This document shows positions 1-8,374 of a DNA stretch of 32,000 bases, piece by piece; position 1 is the stretch's first letter; the number at the start of each line of letters is the position of its first letter. The notes under the pieces were generated by a model that did not search any database, was not told where the DNA came from, and worked only from the letters and a program-made list of their open reading frames with translations. The stretch spans positions 390,001-422,000 of the forward strand of contig JASBSB010000006.1 of assembly GCA_030149205.1 (NCBI GenBank), written 5' to 3'. The DNA is from Candidatus Heimdallarchaeota archaeon (GTDB lineage Archaea; Asgardarchaeota; Heimdallarchaeia; Heimdallarchaeales; Kariarchaeaceae). The translations under genes and the position numbers were made by a program.

Positions 1-630
1 AATCAATGGACGAAATCTTCTTGACTCTCCACCAATTATTGCCACCATAAGAGGAAGACCCATAAGACCTGCTCGTTGAAATGAGGCAGGAGTCCCCCCA
101 ACTCCCAACCAGATAGGAAGTGAGGTCTGGACAGGCCTAGGATAGATGGACTGATTGTACAAGGCAGCTCGAAACTTTCCTGACCAGTTGATTGTAATGT
201 TATCTCTAATTCTAAGCAAAAGATCGAGTTTTTCTGCGAACAAGGCATCATAGTCATGCAGGCTGTACCCAAACAAAGGATAAGCCTCAGTGAATGACCC
301 TCGGCCAGCCACAATCTCAGCCCTCCCGTTTGATAAAAGGTCAAGTGTTGCAAAGTTCTGAAATACCCTTACAGGGTCTGCCGTGCTTAAAACTGTAACT
401 GCACTTGTCAATCGAATATTTTGGGTGACCTGTGAGGCAGCAGCAAGAATCATATACGAAGCTGAGTCTAGGAAATCCTCCCTGTAATGCTCACCAAGCC
501 CATACACTGACAGCCCAAATTTGTCTGCCACCTTTATCCGCTCCAAAACCTCCTGCATTGATTGAACATTCAAAGAGACATCCTTTTGACCTCCCCGTGA
601 TGCTGCAAAACTGTCTACGCCAATCTCCAT
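1..630 (-). CDS. LLM-class (luciferase-like) flavin-dependent oxidoreductase, 5' part; runs off the window edge
   Basis: Not in the ORF track. Manual translation from ATG at 630 is open to base 1: MEIGVDSFAAS...GLGEHYREDFLDSA...IRLTSAVTVLSTADPVRVFQNFATLDLLSNGRAEIVAGRGSF...YPRPVQTSLPIWLGVGGTPASF..., matching the typical bacterial LLM motifs GEHH/Y, DPVR, GRAE..GRGS. Confidence 0.92.
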   Translation of the reverse strand, partial: MEIGVDSFAASRGGQKDVSLNVQSMQEVLERIKVADKFGLSVYGLGEHYREDFLDSASYMILAAASQVTQNIRLTSAVTVLSTADPVRVFQNFATLDLLSNGRAEIVAGRGSFTEAYPLFGYSLHDYDALFAEKLDLLLRIRDNITINWSGKFRAALYNQSIYPRPVQTSLPIWLGVGGTPASFQRAGLMGLPLMVAIIGGESRRFRPLI

Positions 631-679
631 AAATATAGATTCTAAACAGAGATTTAAAGACTGATTTTAACACTATTCC
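540..679. repeat. Source copy 1 (LLM first ~30 codons plus ~50 bp upstream) of the diverged repeat at 8462-8601
   Basis: Ungapped by-eye alignment of 540-679 to 8462-8601 (offset 7922), e.g. aaaacctcctg[c/t]attgattgaacatt[c/t]aaa..gacatccttttgacctcc..gtgatgctgcaaaact and cagagatttaaagactgattt. Confidence 0.95.
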
Positions 680-854
680 TCTTCAATCTCTCAACGGACA
701 TCAATGAGTTTTAATTTCCTATAGTCCCTCCTAAAAATTTGATTACTCCTTTTCTTCTGTAAAACAAATAATTTTCAATTAAATTCATCAATCTTCAACA
801 AGGCTAAATTGATTAAAATATAAATTAACATTAATAATAATCAAATCAAAGGAA

Positions 855-1498
855 TTACACAAATACATTTCCGCACTTTGAACAGTAAGATCCTAGAGCT
901 TCAACACCACAAATTGAGCAAAACCTGTCGTCAAATGAAGAGATATCATCTACTGAACTCTTAAATGAAGAGCCTAAAGCATCATTATCCAAAATTTCTG
1001 GTAAATCATATATGGTGTTTCGCGTATTTTTCTTTTTAATAAAAATTCATTTGCAACATCTGTATTAAGTAGATATAGAATATAAACTCCTGAAGAAAAG
1101 CCTGTAACAAATAAAACTAGGAACAAGAAATCAAGCACTGTATTTGGTACATTACTTAAAGCCTGAGTCCCAAATATAATAAGATTTAACGTTAATATTA
1201 GTAAAACGCCAACTGAAATCCTATAGTGACTTGCTTTATACTCCTGCTTTATAGGGGTAAGAAGAGATTCCAAGATTACTACCACAAAAAAAACAACCCC
1301 CAAAATTATTAGGGAGATGAATATGAAATATATTGCTGCAAAAATTGCTAGAAGGTCAGGTCTTCTCATGAACTGACTAATTGAATAAAATATCGCACCC
1401 ACGATAATAATCCATGGAAGTCCGTTCGAAACATAAAACACCCTGAATGTAAAAATTAATCTCTCTAAATTAGGGAACTCTGTAAAGTTATGTTTCAT
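855..1498 (-). pseudogene. Multi-pass membrane protein with C-terminal zinc ribbon, interrupted by a frameshift near 1000-1050 (real or assembly error)
   Basis: Track ORF 974-1498 ends ...YMIYQKFWIMML*. The -1 frame is open from ~1050 to a TAA at 855-857 and reads KKKNTRNTIYDLPEILDNDALGSS...DDRFCSICGVEALGSYCSKCGNVFV*, a CxxC-x8-CxxC ribbon. Confidence 0.75.
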
Positions 1499-1634
1499 TA
1501 AAAATACATTACAGTGATTTTATAAAAACCTCACTTTTCACATTTAACTTAATCAAAAGCAAGTTAATGAATAAATTTTATGTTTAAATTAACAAACCAC
1601 TCAACATTTAAAAAACTGAATTTGAATTAAATTT

Positions 1635-1991
1635 ATGACATCAATGCCTTCCTTCACATTAAAATTAGAAGCGATAATTTTTTTTTTGTTCTCAATCTAT
1701 CTTTTTGGTCTCACAGGGTACCAATTGTGGATATTGATAGCTACTTGGATAACTCCTGATTTAGGCATGATTGGATATTTTTTCAATTCAAAACTGGGTT
1801 CACTGACCTATAATTTATCTCACAGTTATAGTTTTTCCTTTATTTTTTTAATCGTCGGATTTTCCATTACAAATAGTTTGATTATTGCAATCGGAGCGGT
1901 TTGGATTTCACATATTTCTCTTGACAGATTTCTTGGTTACGGGTTAAAGTACCCAGATAATTTTAAACACACTCATTTACAAGAAATTTGA
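1635..1991 (+). CDS. DUF4260 family membrane protein
   Basis: Motifs PDLGMIGY, YNLSHSY and HISLDRFLGYGLKY..FKHTHL match the family pattern. Confidence 0.85.
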   Translation: MTSMPSFTLKLEAIIFFLFSIYLFGLTGYQLWILIATWITPDLGMIGYFFNSKLGSLTYNLSHSYSFSFIFLIVGFSITNSLIIAIGAVWISHISLDRFLGYGLKYPDNFKHTHLQEI

Positions 1992-2149
1992 ACAAAATTT
2001 TTGATTTATTATTGAAAATCTGATCAAAACCAAACTTTACTCAAATATTTTCTCGTTGGATTATTGGGCGACCAATATTTTTTGTAAGTCAAAAAATTTT
2101 GATCGGAAATTCAAAAGGGTTTTATAATATCATTCTTTTATCCTATTTG

Positions 2150-3124
2150 ATGAAGCTTTTGAGCTTACTGCCACTTTTTATTCTCCTCATTATAGCTTTT
2201 GGTGGAGGAACAATGAAAGAGGTAAATAGTTCATCATTAAATCCAATTATTCTCGATAATCCTGCACCCAAACGTGGGATCTTCTACAAGGATAACAGGA
2301 CATATTATCTATCTTCTAAAACTTCTGGAACCTATCAGGTCGAATCAGTCTATAATAACGGGTCATTCTTGACAGTGCATGATCTGGGAAAATCTGAGCC
2401 TTGGAGCTTATCTGGATATGAAAACTCTCTTTACATCTCTTTTCTGAATGGGACTGTATTGGAGATGTCAACTGATGGTATACTTATACAAAGGCTTCAA
2501 GTTTCAAAACTTTCATATTATGGAGCAAATGTAATATATTTTTCGCATTATAACCAATCCTCTTACATCCTAGTTACTTCACACGGAAACATAACTTTTT
2601 TTGATTCCAGCCTCAATTTTATAAAAACCCGGAACCTCGTTGATATCAGCAACTACCCTAAAATTTCAAATAAAAACGAGAACAGCTTCACCAGTGGGTG
2701 GATGAATTCAACAACCTTGGTTATGATCGCACAACCAGGGTACCTATTTACGTTTAACAAGGGAAATTTTTCAATTGTGGATAATACGACAATATTAAAT
2801 CCCGTTAATGATCCATTGAAGACCTTCGTGGCATATCTGGGGATTAGTGTAGATCGAAACAGACTACTTGTGATGGTAGAGTCATTTGGAGGTTCACTTC
2901 AACACAGACTTTATAGCATAGAATATAAGAAGATTATGGGGCATAAAACAGTGTATCTCTCACAGGTATTGTACACACAGGTTCAATCAACAGTTAGTAA
3001 ACCGATTCCACCTGAAGGATTTAATAATATTATATACCTACTTATCGCTGCAGTAGTCTTAGGGGCAGTGACACTCATACTTTACATATATCGATCAAAC
3101 AAGGAGAAAGAAGATTCATCATGA
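2150..3124 (+). CDS. Secreted, membrane-anchored beta-propeller-like protein
   Basis: Start chosen at ATG 2150, giving signal-like MKLLSLLPLFILLIIAFG. Beta-rich repeats, many N-x-S/T sequons, and C-terminal TM IIYLLIAAVVLGAVTLILYIY with charged tail. ATGA overlap with the next gene. Confidence 0.7.
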   Translation: MKLLSLLPLFILLIIAFGGGTMKEVNSSSLNPIILDNPAPKRGIFYKDNRTYYLSSKTSGTYQVESVYNNGSFLTVHDLGKSEPWSLSGYENSLYISFLNGTVLEMSTDGILIQRLQVSKLSYYGANVIYFSHYNQSSYILVTSHGNITFFDSSLNFIKTRNLVDISNYPKISNKNENSFTSGWMNSTTLVMIAQPGYLFTFNKGNFSIVDNTTILNPVNDPLKTFVAYLGISVDRNRLLVMVESFGGSLQHRLYSIEYKKIMGHKTVYLSQVLYTQVQSTVSKPIPPEGFNNIIYLLIAAVVLGAVTLILYIYRSNKEKEDSS

Positions 3125-4134
3125 GAAAATTATGGTTATTTGTGATTATTTTTATATTCCCATTTAACATCGTTGCTACACCTACTGATTTTAAACTCAT
3201 ATCTGATGGAAAAGATATAATTGGTGCAATAGGTCTACCTTCACCCTATTTTGGCCCTAGTGATCAAACAGCGGAATCAGACTTTCTTAAAGATTATGTG
3301 TATCCAAACTTGTTCAAGTACAACTCGTCATTGTCTTTTGGTCGGGATGGGGTGAACAGAGTCTTCTGGGTAGTACTTCGTCCGAACATCTGGATTGGGA
3401 ACACAAATAGCTTTCCTAATTTCTGGAATGCCTCAACTAATCCTTCTAATATCCCTTCAAATTACACTGGTATAAGCTTTACATTGAAATTTACCAATGT
3501 AGATATAAGTGCGATTACAACGACCTATATACCACAGAAGCTAACACCATGTTGTACAATTGGTGATTACAAATATGACAAGATTAACTTGAATGAAAAA
3601 TCAGATTGGTCTGACCTATTAACCATAACTGGAAATACAGTTAATGTAACCCTTAGAACTTTTCTAACTGCAGATGCTTTCGGTATTCCTTATGAGGTAA
3701 TAAAACACCCTGCATCAGTAAGTTTCATATTAAACGGGGATGGGATCCCAAAAATGAAGCAAATTCAGTTTTTACCAAACTCAATTATACTCCCAAATCA
3801 TGTATATTTAGGACATAATAGAAACATCAGTTTACCTACCGGTTCTACCATACCGTTGACAGAAAGTGTGTTAATAGGTGGGATTCCTGCTGGTTCTCCT
3901 TCAGCAGGAATAGATTTCTTCAAGGTAATCGATGGAGTGATCTCCCCTACCCTTGGATTGGCAACAACGATTGGGGTGTCAAGTACGAGCAGTACTTCAG
4001 CAGTCTTTGGGACAACTATCCTCCTGACCAGCTACCAATTGTTTGGGAAAAAGAGAAAGAAAGCAATTGCATCAGGAAAGGACAAAGGAGGTTATAATAC
4101 CATGATAAAGAATGCTTTGAGGATAAATAAATGA
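3121..4134 (+). CDS. Secreted/surface protein of unknown function with hydrophobic C-terminal anchor and basic tail
   Basis: Signal peptide MRKLWLFVIIFIFPFNIVA, Ser/Thr-rich hydrophobic C-terminal stretch followed by GKKRKK. ATGA overlaps at both ends. Confidence 0.7.
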   Translation: MRKLWLFVIIFIFPFNIVATPTDFKLISDGKDIIGAIGLPSPYFGPSDQTAESDFLKDYVYPNLFKYNSSLSFGRDGVNRVFWVVLRPNIWIGNTNSFPNFWNASTNPSNIPSNYTGISFTLKFTNVDISAITTTYIPQKLTPCCTIGDYKYDKINLNEKSDWSDLLTITGNTVNVTLRTFLTADAFGIPYEVIKHPASVSFILNGDGIPKMKQIQFLPNSIILPNHVYLGHNRNISLPTGSTIPLTESVLIGGIPAGSPSAGIDFFKVIDGVISPTLGLATTIGVSSTSSTSAVFGTTILLTSYQLFGKKRKKAIASGKDKGGYNTMIKNALRINK

Positions 4135-6647
4135 GAAAAAAGATAAATCTGTTTATTTTGCTATTTTTGATTTTACATTTTTCTAATTCACATTTTGTCA
4201 CACAATTATCTGTTCAAGCGCAACAAAATGAGTCAATGATTAAGAATAAAAGCAAGGTGGCTCAAATTAAAACAACTAATACCTCTAGTGGAATTCCATT
4301 CAGTCTGTTGACTGATTGGTTACAGATACCATCTGTAAAATTGAATTCTCACTCCTTAGACATACTTGTCATGGGACAGCCTTTAGGAAACTATTCGACA
4401 ACCTATACCTTTAATTATTTTGATTATCAAAATATATCATCTGTTAGTCAGGAAACACTTGATTTAGCATATTATCTTTCATTCATTAATAATCAGACCC
4501 ACAAAAATTTAAATATTTCTTGGGTTGGTATTGATTTTTTAAACATCAACAGTACATCTTTGATCAAATATATTGATGGTAATTTTAACAGGTTTAAGTT
4601 TGATTTGGTTCTTGTATTTGGAGCTTACGTAGGATTGCCAAACGATAATCTTGCACAATTTTTTATTAAGTTTACGAATTTTGGCATCCCTGTCATTACT
4701 ACATTTCAAAACTCATTTCCAGGAGGAAGCGTTTATTCTCCAGCAAATATACCCTCAGTTACAAGCATTTTAGGTTTGACTATAAGTACCAACAAGTTTA
4801 GTGACCTTCTCAATCCAAATTTGTTTGGTTTTAAATTTACTCCTTCACCAGTGTTTAATCCAGACTATAAATTGTACCCCAACTTTCTGATTCCGGGGGT
4901 CAAATTACGGTTGATAAATTCTTTGGAAACTCCACAATATTTGTACTCAATACACTTACCAACTCTTACTTTTGCATTAGGATATATTACATTTCTATTG
5001 AATAATCCAGACCAATCTCCAAAGCAGATATTAGGTATTCTTAGTCGGAATGGTCATTTTATCTCAGACAAACCGGGTTCACAGCAGGGTTATGGGATAC
5101 CTCAGTTTTTAATTTCATCCTATTCAAATCTGAAATTGCTCCCTCTTGTACTAGATCCTTTAAGAACCCAATATAAAAACAACACTGTTAAAATGGCCCC
5201 TCTACAAACTGTATCCACTTATCTTCTTTTTAGCTCGGAAAATGCTGTAAACGTTAATTCTGTTAAACTAATCGATAAATCTAATAGAACTTATTTCGAA
5301 AGATATAATTTAAGGGCTACAACAGCTCCTGAGATTCAGGAAATTAACTTTACACTCTCCTTTGATAAGAACAGGTTACCCACAGGTCCAAGTTTTATAA
5401 AAATAAATTTTCAGATCCCTGATGTTAAAACCCCCTCGAATTTTTATTTTGAGGTTAATGCCACCTCCAATTCGGAGAATTCAGTTGCTTTGACAAACAT
5501 CACAGTGGATCCGACCTTAAAGTTATTGGGGTTCTCAAGTCTGTTTGAGAGAGATGGTTACTATAGACGAAATTCACCGTATTCAAGACATTACACTTTG
5601 TTTGAAATACTTTATAAGCAAGGTTATCGTTTTTCTAACTTTGATTCATCAAAAACTTTAGAAAATGAGTTAAGCAGCCCCACAGTATTATCGTTGTTAG
5701 TTATTGACCCAGAAAATGTTTCTTTCTCGTTTTTGAACTCTATCAATACGTATGGTGAACGAGGAGGAAACTTAATGATATTTCTTGACTATTTCAATGG
5801 GTCACAACCATTTAAAGGGCAGAGTAAATTTAGTATAGGTGAGTATCAGGTTGACCCAGAATTGAAATATTACTTCGCAAGAAAGGGGATTCAATTAAAT
5901 GAGCAGGATCTAAATCACTGGAATTTTTCAGTGGATGCTATAGATGATGGAGTAAGCAAACATCCATTTGTCCTACGTCCTTGGGTCTTTTCGAAAGGTA
6001 TAAACTCAAGTTTTCCACTCTTTCCGTTCCGCGGATATTACATTGATACAAAGAAGAGTAAACTAAATGAGAAGATGAGTCTTACTGATTTTTCTAGGAT
6101 AACAAAAATAGGATCAGCTTTACAAAATGGAGATGGAAAGATAATTTTAGTAGGTTCAATCTCGCCCCTCCTATCATATTTTTCTGATAAATATCAATTT
6201 ACGTTACCTAGTCCATCTACAGTATTTGAAAGGATAATTGAAAGGACAGAGAATTGGGGTGGTAAAATTCTAGAATTTAAACATATCCCCTCTTTAAACC
6301 CCTTAACAGACACTTTAGAATTTTCATACAAAGTTGCCATTGAAAAATCGTTAAGGTGGAGTATAGATATAATTTCAGGAGAGAGAAGAAATATAATAAA
6401 TCTAACTAACTCTGGAAATTTTGGGACTATAGCATTAAAATTTGATGGTTTTATGGAAGGGAACTTCAATATCACAATTAATCTAACATATGGTTCTTTT
6501 ATTTCTGACTCCAAATCCATTGAGGTGAATATCCAGTATAGTGTGTATAGATTGTCAATGTTAGTCCTATTATGGGTCTCAGTTCTAACGTACACAATTT
6601 ATAAGCTCCTGAAATACAGAGGAAGTGAAGGTAAAAATGGAAGATAA
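4131..6647 (+). CDS. Membrane-anchored S8 subtilase-like protein with Site-1-protease-like architecture; catalytic motifs absent
   Basis: Signal peptide; subtilase scaffold motifs VITTFQN..GSVYSPANIPSV, PNFLIPGV, SPKQILGIL..QQGYG; downstream segment HYTLFEILYKQGY...LLVIDPE...GGNLMIFLDY; C-terminal TM. No D-T/S-G, H-G-T or G-T-S motif found. Confidence 0.65.
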   Translation: MRKKINLFILLFLILHFSNSHFVTQLSVQAQQNESMIKNKSKVAQIKTTNTSSGIPFSLLTDWLQIPSVKLNSHSLDILVMGQPLGNYSTTYTFNYFDYQNISSVSQETLDLAYYLSFINNQTHKNLNISWVGIDFLNINSTSLIKYIDGNFNRFKFDLVLVFGAYVGLPNDNLAQFFIKFTNFGIPVITTFQNSFPGGSVYSPANIPSVTSILGLTISTNKFSDLLNPNLFGFKFTPSPVFNPDYKLYPNFLIPGVKLRLINSLETPQYLYSIHLPTLTFALGYITFLLNNPDQSPKQILGILSRNGHFISDKPGSQQGYGIPQFLISSYSNLKLLPLVLDPLRTQYKNNTVKMAPLQTVSTYLLFSSENAVNVNSVKLIDKSNRTYFERYNLRATTAPEIQEINFTLSFDKNRLPTGPSFIKINFQIPDVKTPSNFYFEVNATSNSENSVALTNITVDPTLKLLGFSSLFERDGYYRRNSPYSRHYTLFEILYKQGYRFSNFDSSKTLENELSSPTVLSLLVIDPENVSFSFLNSINTYGERGGNLMIFLDYFNGSQPFKGQSKFSIGEYQVDPELKYYFARKGIQLNEQDLNHWNFSVDAIDDGVSKHPFVLRPWVFSKGINSSFPLFPFRGYYIDTKKSKLNEKMSLTDFSRITKIGSALQNGDGKIILVGSISPLLSYFSDKYQFTLPSPSTVFERIIERTENWGGKILEFKHIPSLNPLTDTLEFSYKVAIEKSLRWSIDIISGERRNIINLTNSGNFGTIALKFDGFMEGNFNITINLTYGSFISDSKSIEVNIQYSVYRLSMLVLLWVSVLTYTIYKLLKYRGSEGKNGR

Positions 6648-8322
6648 GCTTATTGATAAAGTTTTAGGTCAATCAAAGGCTGTGGAGGTGATAAAACAAA
6701 CGGCAAGAAGCAAACGTCATCTCTTGTTAATTGGGTTACCTGGGACTGGTAAAAGTATGTTAGCAAAAAGCCTTTCAGAAATATTAGAGCATGGGAAAAC
6801 TCATGATATTTTGGCCAGAAATAATCCAAACGATGAAAATTCCCCGCTAATCGAGATAGTTGATACAGGATTAGGACCTACAATTATAGACAAAGAGAAA
6901 AGGGAAGCACGAAAATTGGTTCAGAAATATGATTTGGTAACTCAAATTGGTATATTAATTGTTGTTGGATCATTATTGTCTTTAATTTTATTGAGACAGC
7001 AATTTGGATTTATCGACTTTTTGTTTTCGGCTCTAATCCTTATTTCTTGGTTGATGTATAGAAGACAGGCGAGACCAGATGCTTTAAAGATAATCCCAAA
7101 TCTATTAATAGGAAACCAACTGGGGAAGACTCCGTTTATTGATGCATCAGGGTCAGCAAAAAATATTCTCTTGGGTGATGTAAAACATGACCCTTATCAA
7201 AGTGGTGGCTTAGAAACCCCACCTAACCATTTGTTAATTCCAGGATTAATACATAAAGCAAATGGAGGTGTGCTGTTTATTGACGAAATTGGAACATTAG
7301 ATGCTGAAACACAATTTTATCTCTTGACCGCAATGCAAGAGAAGCAATTTCCAATTGAAGGGAGAAGTCAGGGGAGCTCAGGTAGTATGGTTAAGACAGA
7401 ACCTTTACCTTGTGACTTTATTTTAGTCGCTGCAGGAAACATGGAAACCATCGAAAGATTACACCCCGCATTAAGAAACAGAATACAAGGATATGGAACT
7501 GAGATATTGATGGATAAAAGTATGAAAATTGACCAAATTACATCCATAATAATCAAAAATTTTCTTACTCAGGAAATAGGAGAAAATGTACTTATTCAAA
7601 ATAAAGAGGAAGTAATTGCAAGACTCGTTCAATATGCCGAGGTCTTGTCACAGAGAGATGGTTACATTACTCTTCAATTTAGAAGCATTGGTGGCTTGAT
7701 TAGAACAGCACTTACAATTTCAAAAGATAATATTTTGTCCCCAATAGTATTAAAAGAAGCTTTAAAGTTACAGATACCTCTTGAAGTACAAGTTGAGATT
7801 AATAAACTAAGTGAAATCTACAATAAAGGACAAAATTTTTGGTCAGCAGGGAAGTCTTGGTTTCTCATGGAAGATGAAGGAAGAAGTATTTTAGTAAATG
7901 ATTTTCTAGATTCTGAAGAAAAATCATCTCTTCTTTCAAGTTTTATAACAAAACTTTCTAAGAAATTTGCCTTTGTGGAGACAGATGATAAATATTCAGA
8001 ATTCTTAAATTCCTATGTTAAAGAAAAGAAATCAATACCCTCATCCTTTTTGGTTCAAATCTGGTCTAAAAGAACAAATGTCTGCATAAACCGAAATTTG
8101 ATCATTTTAGGTGACGTAGATAAAAATTCGATGGCTTTACCGTTGAACAATATTGCATACCTGATTGATTTAGCACAAAAAATTGGCTTTCAAGATGTAA
8201 TAGTATTGACAACATTGGATGAAAGATATAGTTCTCCTTTCACAAAGAAAGTTCATATTGTATATGATTTAAATAGTTTACTCGACTTAATCAGAAATGA
8301 ACATCTTGAATCTGATAGTTAA
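6637..8322 (+). CDS. lonB: Archaeal LonB-family membrane-anchored AAA+ ATPase with degenerate protease domain
   Basis: Walker A GLPGTGKS, two-TM insertion, GDVKHDPYQSGGLETPP, ANGGVLFIDEI (Walker B), VAAGN (sensor 1) and HPALRNRI (Arg finger). Start moved to ATG 6637, overlapping the upstream stop. Confidence 0.9.
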   Translation: MEDKLIDKVLGQSKAVEVIKQTARSKRHLLLIGLPGTGKSMLAKSLSEILEHGKTHDILARNNPNDENSPLIEIVDTGLGPTIIDKEKREARKLVQKYDLVTQIGILIVVGSLLSLILLRQQFGFIDFLFSALILISWLMYRRQARPDALKIIPNLLIGNQLGKTPFIDASGSAKNILLGDVKHDPYQSGGLETPPNHLLIPGLIHKANGGVLFIDEIGTLDAETQFYLLTAMQEKQFPIEGRSQGSSGSMVKTEPLPCDFILVAAGNMETIERLHPALRNRIQGYGTEILMDKSMKIDQITSIIIKNFLTQEIGENVLIQNKEEVIARLVQYAEVLSQRDGYITLQFRSIGGLIRTALTISKDNILSPIVLKEALKLQIPLEVQVEINKLSEIYNKGQNFWSAGKSWFLMEDEGRSILVNDFLDSEEKSSLLSSFITKLSKKFAFVETDDKYSEFLNSYVKEKKSIPSSFLVQIWSKRTNVCINRNLIILGDVDKNSMALPLNNIAYLIDLAQKIGFQDVIVLTTLDERYSSPFTKKVHIVYDLNSLLDLIRNEHLESDS

Positions 8323-8350
8323 AAACAAAATAATCCATCATTTCTGATTA
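8288..8350. terminator. 13-bp perfect inverted repeat spanning the lonB stop; possible terminator or processing hairpin
   Basis: taatcagaaatga (8288-8300) and tcatttctgatta (8338-8350), 37-nt spacer. Confidence 0.45.
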
Positions 8351-8374
8351 TTTGTTATTAAACAAAATTGAACC

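Noticed and set aside
36-673. Track ORFs 36-353, 432-632 and 491-673
   Set aside because: Alternative-frame shadows of the LLM gene, whose real frame (1-630, minus) was missed because it has no stop inside the window.
4016-7556. Antisense ORFs 4016-4201, 6194-6595 and 7368-7556
   Set aside because: They lie opposite well-supported genes and have no recognisable motifs.
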